From Clostridia bacterium (GTDB lineage Bacteria; Bacillota; Clostridia; Peptostreptococcales; Anaerovoracaceae): a DNA stretch of 64,000 nt. Made by a program: the position numbers and the translations under genes. Below, piece by piece: positions 1 to 8,054 of this stretch (within the stretch, counting starts at the first letter, position 1; each line of letters opens with the position of its first letter). The notes under the pieces are model-generated. The model did not search any database, was not told the DNA's origin, and was given only the letters and a program-made list of their open reading frames with translations. The stretch lies in the NCBI GenBank assembly GCA_024689865.1, contig JAILDA010000022.1:2244-66243 (forward strand), in the 5' to 3' direction.

Positions 1-2484
1 GCCGATCCCGGCAAAAAGGTCTCATTCCTGGATGTTGCAGGATATCTCTGGCTGGGCGGGCTGATCGTAATGGTCTGCTATGCCGTGGTCAGTTTCGCGA
101 GGCTTCGCGCAAAGGTGCGGGCGTCCGTACCCAGTGACAATGCGATCTACGTCTGCGACGACATAGATACGCCTTTCATTCTGGGCGTTATAAGGCCCCG
201 GATCTACCTGCCTTCGGGACTGTCTGCGGACGCCGAAGCCCACGTGCTGGCTCACGAGAGGGCGCATCTGTCCCGCCGCGATCAGCTTTGGAAGCCCATA
301 GGCTACCTGCTTCTGAGCGTCTACTGGTTCAACCCGCTTATGTGGCTGGCCTACGTGCTTTTCTGCCGCGACATAGAGTTTGCCTGCGACGAAAAAGTGG
401 TCGGCAGCCTTAACGAGACGGACCGCGCCGATTATTCCAGAGCTCTGCTTTCCTGCAGTGTATCGCGCAGGGCGATAGCCGCATGCCCGCTGGCGTTCGG
501 AGAAGTCGGAGTAAAGGACCGTGTCAAGTCCGCTCTTAACTACAAGAAGCCCGCGTTCTGGGTGATAATTGCGGCTGTAGTCATCTGCCTGGTGCTGGCC
601 GTTTGTTTCCTTACGAACCCGAGAGATAAAGCAATGCAAGGCAAAGTAACAAAATGGTTTGAGGACGAGCAGTACGCGGCAGGACAGGGCCGCGTCATAA
701 CGCTGCCGGAATATCCCGGGGTCGAATTCAGAAAAGAAGGACACATATACATGGTAAAGGACGGCAAGGAAGAAGTGGTCGTCCATGCCATGTTCGGCGG
801 GGGGATCCGGAGTGCATATTTCTGCGACCTGAACGGCGACGGAAAGCCCGAGCTCTGCACCACATGCATATTTGGTTCGGGGATGATCGATGCGCGTGTG
901 GTGGTCTACTGCCCGGCGGACGGCAGCACTCTGGAGCTTAAGGACAGAGGGAACTTCGATTACATGCTGGACGAACGCGACGGAAAGCTTATAGTAATGA
1001 AGCGCGCCTATGAAAGGACCAGTTCCGTGGGCGAGGACGGTTTGCTTGCAATGAAGGACGGAAAGCTTATAATGACAGCGCTTTCGGACGGAAGCGGCAA
1101 GTCTCCAACAAGTCCGCCGGAGCTGAAAGTGGTTTCGGATAGGAGCAGTGTAACAGTAAAACATAGCGGCAGCAGCTGGCAGAAAGGCAGCCGGTTCGGG
1201 GGCGTCGAAAGTATAATCGAAGACAGCCCGGGCCTTGGAAATGAGATCTTCAGAAAAGGGCTGAAGGTGGTCGACGCGGAAAACAGCAGCTGGGTCGCTC
1301 TCAGTTTCTCTCAGCAGCCGGATCTGCTGGAGGTATATGTGGTGGACGAAGTGACATTCCAGCTCCGGGGCGAGAGCGCCGCAGTACAGATCGGCGTATA
1401 CGACGAAAAAATGATCAGTATTCCGTCCGGCGGGGCCTACTGCATCGTTCACGCGGAATGGGCTGTCCGGAAAGGTACCGGCGGCAATGCGTACTACTAT
1501 TTCCGGACGGTAAACAATGTTGAGCCGGATGCCCCTGTTGAAGCGCCTGCGGTCCAGAGCCTTGTAATAGACACGTTGGCGCAGGGCGAGAACCTTCACC
1601 ACATAACGAACAGAGCGTCGATCGAAACGGCCTACGGAATCTACAGCATGTATGCGGAGGGACCGGCCTGCCAGAAAGAGGAACCAAGCAATGAAGAGCA
1701 GCTCCTAATACTGACCTTTACAATGACTGACGGTATTGAACAAATTGCAGACTTTTATCAGGAAGACAGCGGCAAATACTATATGGATAAAAAGTATAAC
1801 AAAGGGCTTTCTGTAGAGAAGACAGTAAGCATTTCTGAAGAGGATTTCAATACAATAAAAGACATACTGAATACAAAGATCAGTGACGCGGAGAAAAAGC
1901 TGTCTGACCATCTTGCGGCATCGGATCTGGTGCGCAAAGCTCTGATGGAGGACTGGGCGGCATATCACAGTAAAACTGAAGAAGAGAAGTTGTTTTCGAA
2001 CAAGATGCCGGGTTGGTGCTGGGAGTATTTCAGCACCTGGAAAGAAGCTACCGCTTATCTTGGTACGGAGCCGTGGAACCCGCTGGAGAGCGCAGACTGG
2101 CTGGAAAAGAAGAACTATACCGGTGCGGATATTGGTACCGGATCTCCTCCGGGTGATGTATCCGGTGAAGGTTTCATGCATGCATACTTGTACTGGGGAG
2201 GTTCGGAAGACGGCGATGTAAGTTATTACATGCTCCAGAGCGGTTATGCGTATGGCGTGGACAGAATAGTTATCCAGATCTCCAGCGATGTCCAAAGCAC
2301 GGAAGAATTGAAGCGTACAGACCGCTCCACGGATAAGTACTATGCGATAGATATGGAGTTTCCAAGGGATGGCCTGCAATACAAAGTGACAGTGTCCAGT
2401 TTTGATGGGGCTGAGTCTTGCAAAGCGACTTCTGCAAAGATACTTGATCTGCTGTTCCCGGGGTCTAATAGTCATATAGAGTAA
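1..2484 (+). CDS. BlaR1/MecR1-type M56 peptidase signal transducer, 5'-truncated by the window edge, with a large extracellular C-terminal region that does not look like a penicillin-binding sensor
   Basis: Frame 1 is open from nt 1 into the ORF-track Met at 70. HExxH zinc motif in LAHERAHLSRRD, followed by WFNPLMW and EFACDEKV, typical of M56. TM segment AFWVIIAAVVICLVLAVCFL. DLNGDGKPEL (FG-GAP/VCBS-like) lies downstream. No SxxK sensor motif noticed. Confidence 0.8.
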   Translation, partial: ADPGKKVSFLDVAGYLWLGGLIVMVCYAVVSFARLRAKVRASVPSDNAIYVCDDIDTPFILGVIRPRIYLPSGLSADAEAHVLAHERAHLSRRDQLWKPIGYLLLSVYWFNPLMWLAYVLFCRDIEFACDEKVVGSLNETDRADYSRALLSCSVSRRAIAACPLAFGEVGVKDRVKSALNYKKPAFWVIIAAVVICLVLAVCFLTNPRDKAMQGKVTKWFEDEQYAAGQGRVITLPEYPGVEFRKEGHIYMVKDGKEEVVVHAMFGGGIRSAYFCDLNGDGKPELCTTCIFGSGMIDARVVVYCPADGSTLELKDRGNFDYMLDERDGKLIVMKRAYERTSSVGEDGLLAMKDGKLIMTALSDGSGKSPTSPPELKVVSDRSSVTVKHSGSSWQKGSRFGGVESIIEDSPGLGNEIFRKGLKVVDAENSSWVALSFSQQPDLLEVYVVDEVTFQLRGESAAVQIGVYDEKMISIPSGGAYCIVHAEWAVRKGTGGNAYYYFRTVNNVEPDAPVEAPAVQSLVIDTLAQGENLHHITNRASIETAYGIYSMYAEGPACQKEEPSNEEQLLILTFTMTDGIEQIADFYQEDSGKYYMDKKYNKGLSVEKTVSISEEDFNTIKDILNTKISDAEKKLSDHLAASDLVRKALMEDWAAYHSKTEEEKLFSNKMPGWCWEYFSTWKEATAYLGTEPWNPLESADWLEKKNYTGADIGTGSPPGDVSGEGFMHAYLYWGGSEDGDVSYYMLQSGYAYGVDRIVIQISSDVQSTEELKRTDRSTDKYYAIDMEFPRDGLQYKVTVSSFDGAESCKATSAKILDLLFPGSNSHIE

Positions 2485-2558
2485 ACAGCAAAGAATGATC
2501 AGATATATTTACTTTGTGATTTCTGGCTACATCATTAATACAATCTCGAACTCACCGT

Positions 2559-3266
2559 TTACTTTGATTCTGTTAAATAGTCTATAATCATTTTATTAAA
2601 ATCCGGGCCATAGCTCTTGTCTGTCGCGACCTGATACATAATACCGTCGAGTGAGAAATAACCTACATAGTAATCGCTGAGAGATGGATCGATCTTGGAA
2701 GCAGAATCATTTAAAATGATATATGCTGTCTTACCCGGTGCATATTCATATTTTTTCATACTCCGAAGCTCATTAACACCGTAACCATGTATCAATTCTT
2801 CGTATCCGGGGAGAACGGCTATAGCATTTACTTTTGCACCTTTCCCATCGATCCACAGATCACATGCAAACTTTACCTCCCCGACTGGTTCATATATATG
2901 CACCGAAGGATAACTGATCGTAAAACGATCCGTCTTTATCAGCTTTATTCCTGTAAGCTCCTCTGCTTTGTCAAGATCGGGACATACATCCGAACCGATC
3001 TGCCTGCAGTATTCGTTAAAGCTGTCGATATCGAACTGCTCTATTGGTTCCCAGTCCAGATCCACCATCTTGTCTCCAAGCAATAATGTAAATGTCGTCG
3101 TGGATGCAAGTACTGTGCCGGTACCTGCCAGCACGATTATAACTGCTATCACTATACTGAGTATCTTATGCGGTCTCATCATCTTATGCTTTGGCAGTGT
3201 AGTATTAGTCCCGGCCTCGAATATTGCTTTTATATTCTGGCTGTTTTCTCTTGTGAAGCGTTCCAT
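2559..3266 (-). CDS. Single-pass membrane protein, putative anti-sigma factor (DUF4367-like arrangement)
   Basis: Starts 5 nt after the stop of the upstream ECF sigma gene on the same strand. Short cytoplasmic N-terminus, one TM (ILSIVIAVIIVLAGTGTVLA), then about 180 aa extracytoplasmic. The function is inferred from position only. Confidence 0.55.
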   Translation of the reverse strand: MERFTRENSQNIKAIFEAGTNTTLPKHKMMRPHKILSIVIAVIIVLAGTGTVLASTTTFTLLLGDKMVDLDWEPIEQFDIDSFNEYCRQIGSDVCPDLDKAEELTGIKLIKTDRFTISYPSVHIYEPVGEVKFACDLWIDGKGAKVNAIAVLPGYEELIHGYGVNELRSMKKYEYAPGKTAYIILNDSASKIDPSLSDYYVGYFSLDGIMYQVATDKSYGPDFNKMIIDYLTESK

Positions 3267-3271
3267 TTCTA

Positions 3272-3838
3272 TCAGATCCCCTTTATTACTGTCGATTCTG
3301 TCAGCTTTTGCTTTGCTCTGAAAAGTATGTTCCTGACCTTCTTTACATCTATCCCTGTGGCAAGTGATATCTCCTTTGGTGTCTGTTCGTCCAGATATCT
3401 GCGCTCGATGATCTCGCGGTCAATATCCTGGAGCTTACCCAAAGCATCGTTTAGGATCCTGAGCTCCTCCGAACGGATCACTTCAGATTCCGGATCCGTT
3501 CCTTCAACTTCTAAGGCATCCAATGTATCATGCTCGAGGCGTTTGATCTTCCTGTATCTGTCGACTGCAAGTGATCTTGCCCTCATTGACAGCCAGGTCT
3601 TAAGGCTTCCTTTTTCAGGATCGAATTTCTCCGGCTCTTTCCAGAGCTCGATAAAAACATCAGCAACGCATTCCTCCGCGTCTTCAACAGACCCGGACTT
3701 TCCCAAGACAGCATTTACGATCTTCCATAGCAATCTTTCGTATCTGGCCATAATATCCGAGATCGCCTGTCCGTCTCCATTCTTCAGCTTTTCAAATATT
3801 TCTCTGTCCTGTATCATCTGCGCTCGTTCTGCTTTCAC
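3272..3838 (-). CDS. ECF-type RNA polymerase sigma-70 family factor
   Basis: Region 2 signature (DAEECVADVFIELWK) and a region 4 HTH (EISLATGIDVKKVRNILFRAKQKL). The annotated start is GTG; an in-frame ATG at 3817 (MIQDREIF) is an equally plausible start. Confidence 0.85.
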   Translation of the reverse strand: MKAERAQMIQDREIFEKLKNGDGQAISDIMARYERLLWKIVNAVLGKSGSVEDAEECVADVFIELWKEPEKFDPEKGSLKTWLSMRARSLAVDRYRKIKRLEHDTLDALEVEGTDPESEVIRSEELRILNDALGKLQDIDREIIERRYLDEQTPKEISLATGIDVKKVRNILFRAKQKLTESTVIKGI

Positions 3839-3902
3839 TTATAGTACGAAGCGGAATTCAAAATGACTCACAAATTATTTTTGACCATATTTCATTTTCG
3901 TC

Positions 3903-3932
3903 AGTATAGCAATAACAAAAATAGAACGTCAA
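3903..3932 (-). promoter_or_regulatory. Sigma-A-like promoter for the ECF sigma operon (TTGACG-18-TATACT)
   Basis: On the minus strand, TTGACG (3927-3932) and TATACT (3903-3908) are separated by 18 nt, about 65 nt upstream of the sigma start. Confidence 0.5.
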
Positions 3933-4013
3933 CAATAACGGAAGCTATTACCATTCAAAATCGTTGATCTAACCATCATTTAGGATAACCGCAAGGACAA
4001 TCTGATAAAGCTA

Positions 4014-4049
4014 CCAAAAACACAAGAGGCCCGTTGCGGGGCCTCTTGT
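4014..4049 (-). terminator. Orphan rho-independent terminator on the minus strand
   Basis: Perfect 11-bp stem (4022-4032 / 4039-4049) with a 6-nt loop. On the minus strand it is followed by TGTTTTTGG. No annotated minus-strand gene lies upstream of it. Confidence 0.6.
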
Positions 4050-4158
4050 CGAGTAACCAAGTACTCATGCTTACCTGGCTGCAACTTCACTAAATCCGTT
4101 ATTTACAATCGTACCACTACAAAAGACGGGATCCGACTGGCGGATACTCGGTTTTTCA

Positions 4159-4167
4159 TGATATAAT
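4159..4167 (+). promoter_or_regulatory. Extended -10 promoter (TGaTATAAT) for the small membrane protein gene
   Basis: TGATATAAT at 4159-4167, about 45 nt upstream of the ATG at 4213. The -35 is weak. Confidence 0.4.
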
Positions 4168-4212
4168 ACACATACAGGTTATTGCGCAGCAGAACGGAAA
4201 GGGACTAATGTA

Positions 4213-4566
4213 ATGGAAGCTAAGTCGATACGGTGGATATCCATCTTTCTGCTTGTTCTGGGAGCCGCGGCGGTATCTGCCGGATGGTACCTTATATCTC
4301 CGGGAAACGAACTGGGCTGGGTTTTCCTTTCTACCGTTGTTATCTGGCCTGTAGTGGTGGCGTTTACCGGCGCGCTGGAGATACTGGCGTTCGGGTCTGT
4401 GCGCGGAGTCTATGCTATCCTGGTCCTTGCCCTGGGTCTGGTGGTGTCGCTTATGGTCAGGTTCCTCGGCGGCGCGCTTATAAGCGGCCTCATAACTCTG
4501 GCGCTCGTTTGCGCATTCAGAAAGCCCCTTAATTCCATCAAGACCGGGAAAAAAGGACCGCAATAG
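4213..4566 (+). CDS. Small polytopic membrane protein (hypothetical)
   Basis: 117 aa, with four hydrophobic segments. Followed by a clean terminator. The overlapping minus-strand ORF is Arg/His-rich and looks spurious. Confidence 0.6.
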   Translation: MEAKSIRWISIFLLVLGAAAVSAGWYLISPGNELGWVFLSTVVIWPVVVAFTGALEILAFGSVRGVYAILVLALGLVVSLMVRFLGGALISGLITLALVCAFRKPLNSIKTGKKGPQ

Positions 4567-4599
4567 TACGCATATACAAACAAACATATGGACTTAACG

Positions 4600-4633
4600 A
4601 CCGCTTCTGCTAAAAGAAGCGGTTATTTCTTTT
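4600..4633 (+). terminator. Rho-independent terminator
   Basis: 9-bp stem ACCGCTTCT/AGAAGCGGT (4600-4608 / 4615-4623), followed by TATTTCTTTT. Confidence 0.8.
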
Positions 4634-4720
4634 ACAGATCCTAAACCTGCGGTATAATAAAATAATAAGGGGTATGCATCCCCGTTCTGTGCGGGGAATG
4701 GATCCACGGGAGGTATCGAC

Positions 4721-5506
4721 ATGAAAAAGTTCTTAGCCATATTGCTCTGTCTGGTGTTGGCGCTGTCGCTGGCAGCCTGCGCCAAGGACGAGGAAGCTCT
4801 TAAGGCCAGATATGACGAAGGTTTTAAGGCCGGATACGACGAGGGCGCTGCCGCAGGAAAAGCCGAAGGAGAAAAGGCCGGAGCCGAGGCAGGCTATAAG
4901 ACCGGTTACGAAGAAGGCAAGAAAGCCGGATACGACGAAGGTGCCAAAGCCGGAAACGAGGAGAGCTATCAGGCAGGGTACGACGAGGGCGTGGTAGTCG
5001 GCAAGGACGAGGGCTACAAGGCCGGCAAGGACGAAGGATACCAGACCGGATACGACGAAGGCCACATGGCAGGCGTCGAAGAGGGTAAGAAAGCCGGATA
5101 CGACGAAGGCTATGCGGCCGGAAAAGAAGATGGCATAAAGGAGGGCAAGGCCTCCGGAGCGTCTGCCCAAAAATATGCTAAATTTTCCGGATCCTTTACG
5201 GCTTCCGTCATGAAGCTGACAGAGGATGGCTACGCGCTGCAGGGCAATACCGTTGCGGTCGTTCATTTCTTCCAGGACGGACCGTTCCTGCTCCGTTTCA
5301 GCGAGGACATGACCGGCAAGCTGGCCGAAGGCAAGGCCTACGTGTTCGAGTTCCGCACGTTCGAGGTGCTTATCCCGAGCAACGTAAGCTATCCGGACAT
5401 TAAGGACTACGCGACTTTGATCGAGGTAACGGGTTACCGTGCTGCCAAGGACGATGAAACGGGCATGCAGAGCAAGCTACCTGACGTCGAGGTATTCATC
5501 AAATAA
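4721..5506 (+). CDS. Lipoprotein with a long GX3 (GYDEG-type) repeat region and a globular C-terminal domain
   Basis: Signal peptide with lipobox LAAC. SD GGGAGG upstream. 29 consecutive period-4 positions are occupied by Gly (one Ser) from G34 to G146. Confidence 0.8.
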   Translation: MKKFLAILLCLVLALSLAACAKDEEALKARYDEGFKAGYDEGAAAGKAEGEKAGAEAGYKTGYEEGKKAGYDEGAKAGNEESYQAGYDEGVVVGKDEGYKAGKDEGYQTGYDEGHMAGVEEGKKAGYDEGYAAGKEDGIKEGKASGASAQKYAKFSGSFTASVMKLTEDGYALQGNTVAVVHFFQDGPFLLRFSEDMTGKLAEGKAYVFEFRTFEVLIPSNVSYPDIKDYATLIEVTGYRAAKDDETGMQSKLPDVEVFIK

Positions 5507-5518
5507 CAGGAGGCATCC

Positions 5519-6247
5519 ATGAACATAATTCTTGCGTTTTCGCTGTTTGCGCTTATAATACTGCTCTACTGGGTCATATCGGAGCTGTTTACCATACTGT
5601 TCCGCTTTACGGGGCTGCCATACGGCAAGGCGCGTTTTCAGGTAACGTCACTGCTTACCGGTTGCGGATTTACCACACGCGAAAGCGAGATGGTAGTCTC
5701 CACAAAATCCAGAAGACGCCTTGCCAGAATAACGATGCTGTTCGGGTACGTGTTCAACATAACCATCGTAACCTCGCTTATCAACGTGTTCCTATCGCTT
5801 AAGCAGGCGCCGCAGCAAAAGAATTTCATGCTGGCCATATTAATTCCGCTGGCGGCTCTGGCCGTGATCATAATCTTCATACGCGTACCGGCGATGCGCT
5901 CGCGCAGCGACAGGCTTCTGGAGAAGCTAGCCGGCAAGGTCCTGAACATAGAAGCCACCAACTCCATGGTGGTTCTGGACCACATAGGCAGAAACGCCAT
6001 AGCAAGGGTAACTCTTGTTGATGTGCCGGAGGAACTTAAGGGCATTACTCTTGCCCAGTCCGGGCTTAAGGAGGAAAAGAGCATTCTGGTGATGCTTGTC
6101 GAAAAGACCGGCCAGCACATGCAGCATCCCAAGGCAGACACTACTTTCGAGCCCGGCGACAGGGTAACGGTATTCGGCGATTACTCCGCGATCTGCAAAA
6201 CGTTCGGCGCCAAGGAGACCTTCATAGACGACAAGGAAACAGACTGA
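5519..6247 (+). CDS. Membrane protein with a C-terminal TrkA-C (RCK_C) domain
   Basis: N-terminal TM helices. The C-terminal segment (VTLVDVPEELKGITLAQSGLKEEKSILVMLVEK...PGDRVTVFGD) matches the TrkA-C pattern. SD AGGAGG upstream. Confidence 0.7.
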   Translation: MNIILAFSLFALIILLYWVISELFTILFRFTGLPYGKARFQVTSLLTGCGFTTRESEMVVSTKSRRRLARITMLFGYVFNITIVTSLINVFLSLKQAPQQKNFMLAILIPLAALAVIIIFIRVPAMRSRSDRLLEKLAGKVLNIEATNSMVVLDHIGRNAIARVTLVDVPEELKGITLAQSGLKEEKSILVMLVEKTGQHMQHPKADTTFEPGDRVTVFGDYSAICKTFGAKETFIDDKETD

Positions 6248-6326
6248 CAGACCTCGCGGACGCGAAGGCAACATTGGACGGCTGAGCATTGCGCGCGGAC
6301 GCGCAGGCAGCGGCAGAGAAATACAT

Positions 6327-7022
6327 ATGCTGAAAGACCTTAAGGAGAACCGCACTGCGGGCGCTATCCTTTTAAACATGTTAATAGCGTTCGTAAGCCT
6401 GTTCATAAACGGTTTCGGCGTGTATCTTACCATCCAGGCCAACATAGGCGCGGGGCCCTGGGACGTTCTTAACCTGGGCGTTTCCAGGACGCTGGGCATA
6501 CTCTACGGCAACGCGTCGATAGCAATATCCATAACCATACTTATAATAGACATAATAATGCGCGAGCCCATAGGCATAGCCATGATAATAGACGCGCTTA
6601 CCGTGGGCAAGGCCGTGGATCTGTACAACCGGCTTAACGTGGTGCCGCCGTGCAAGGATCCTTTGGTGGGCGTGCTTGTAATGATAGCGGGCCTTATCGT
6701 TCTGGCATACACGCAGTTTACCTACATGTCCGCATCGCTGGGCTGCGGCCCGCGCGACACGCTTCTTGTGGGGTTTGCCAAGCGGCTGGACCGCCTGCCC
6801 ATAGGACTTGTAAGCATACTGCTGCTCGGCACGGCAACACTTATCGGCTGGCTTCTGGGAGGTCCGGTGGGCCTTGGGACGATAATCTGCGCGTTCGGCA
6901 CCGGCCCTGTAATGCAGCTGGCATTCAAGACCGTTCGCTTCGATCCCAAAACGATACGTCACCAGAACCTCAGGAAGTCCGCAAGGGTAATATTCGGCAG
7001 GGGCAAAGAGACAAACGCTTAA
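6327..7022 (+). CDS. YczE/YitT-like integral membrane protein
   Basis: FGVYLTIQANIGAGPWDVLNLGVS resembles the YczE family N-terminus. Multiple TM helices. Confidence 0.65.
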   Translation: MLKDLKENRTAGAILLNMLIAFVSLFINGFGVYLTIQANIGAGPWDVLNLGVSRTLGILYGNASIAISITILIIDIIMREPIGIAMIIDALTVGKAVDLYNRLNVVPPCKDPLVGVLVMIAGLIVLAYTQFTYMSASLGCGPRDTLLVGFAKRLDRLPIGLVSILLLGTATLIGWLLGGPVGLGTIICAFGTGPVMQLAFKTVRFDPKTIRHQNLRKSARVIFGRGKETNA

Positions 7023-7118
7023 ATAATTGACGAAAACCGAGCAACTGATGAGCAGTTGCAACAATATAGAACAAAACCGGCAGCGCAAACACATCGCAAA
7101 ACAGGATGGAGGTATCGC

Positions 7119-8009
7119 ATGTTTGCGGACGCAATAGAAAAAGTCGGAGGCTTTACCAGGCCGATCAAGACCATAACAAGAAACTACAAGGAACCGGCGG
7201 TGATCCCGGGGCTTGCGACGCTGTTCTTCGTTAACGATGACGGCTGCGCGGTCACCTGCAAGCATGTTGCAAGGCAGATAATAGCTGCGCAGGAGATCAA
7301 CAAAAGATACGCGGAATACAAGGCTGCGTGCGCGCGCGTTCCGGAGGGAAAAGGCAAGGCTGCAGCCATTAAGAAGCTGGAGCTGGTGCACAAGCTTAAG
7401 GCTGGCGCGCCCATACAGGAAAAGGTCCAGTTCGACGGCGCAGTATCCAACTTTACGGGTTTCGACATCAATCTTCACCCGGACCTGGATCTGGCGATAA
7501 TTCGCTTTATGGGCTTTGAGAGGGTGCTGTACAAAGGCCACGCTGTGTTCGTAAAGGACATGGCAGAGGTGCGGCCGGGCGACATGCTCTGCAGGCTTGG
7601 CTTCCCGTTCCCGGAGTTTGCGGACTTCCGCTACGACGTCGACAGGGATTCCATAGAGTGGGACCGCTCCGCCGGCAGGGGCAACACCCCGCGTTTCCCG
7701 ATAGAAGGCATGTTTACGCGCCAGCTGGCGGATAAAGACGGCAAGATCTACGGAATAGAGCTAAGTACGCCGGGCCTTCGCGGCCAGAGCGGCGGGCCGC
7801 TGTTCACCAAGGACGGGCGCATCTGCGGCATGCAGTCCGCCACCAAGCACCTGCATCTGGGCTTCGACATGGTAGGAGAAAAAATGATGCTCCATGGCAA
7901 GGAGCACACGATAAACAACCAGCCCTTCCTTCATGTGGGGCAGTGCATAAACGCAGAAAAGATAAAGGAGTTCCTGCGTCAGCAGGGCGTGGAGTATTTC
8001 GAGGAGTAG
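7119..8009 (+). CDS. Trypsin-like (S1/S1C-type) serine peptidase with no signal peptide
   Basis: Catalytic His in TCKHVA, Asp in DLDLAIIRF, Ser in GLRGQSGGPLF. Start moved to the ATG at 7119, which has a GGAGG SD; the track Met at 7056 has none. Confidence 0.75.
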   Translation: MFADAIEKVGGFTRPIKTITRNYKEPAVIPGLATLFFVNDDGCAVTCKHVARQIIAAQEINKRYAEYKAACARVPEGKGKAAAIKKLELVHKLKAGAPIQEKVQFDGAVSNFTGFDINLHPDLDLAIIRFMGFERVLYKGHAVFVKDMAEVRPGDMLCRLGFPFPEFADFRYDVDRDSIEWDRSAGRGNTPRFPIEGMFTRQLADKDGKIYGIELSTPGLRGQSGGPLFTKDGRICGMQSATKHLHLGFDMVGEKMMLHGKEHTINNQPFLHVGQCINAEKIKEFLRQQGVEYFEE

Positions 8010-8054
8010 TTAAGTATCGTTCCTTACAGTTAAGACGCAAGAGAGGTTCGAAAA

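Noticed and set aside
22-1602. 526-aa minus-strand ORF opposite the M56 gene. The same phenomenon appears at 6381-7541, 31698-32987, 33226-33897, 39913-41067, 45189-46082, 46561-47601, 47919-48950, 49578-51293, 51410-52351 and 59324-60007.
   Set aside because: Each is antisense to a gene with clear family motifs, has no SD or sensible start context, and has a low-complexity Arg/Gly/His/Val-rich translation. They are treated as shadow ORFs, not overlapping genes.
4156-4587. 143-aa minus-strand ORF overlapping the small membrane protein gene.
   Set aside because: - The translation is Arg/His/Gln-rich and non-globular.
- The plus-strand ORF has a coherent four-TM profile, a plausible promoter and SD, and its own terminator.
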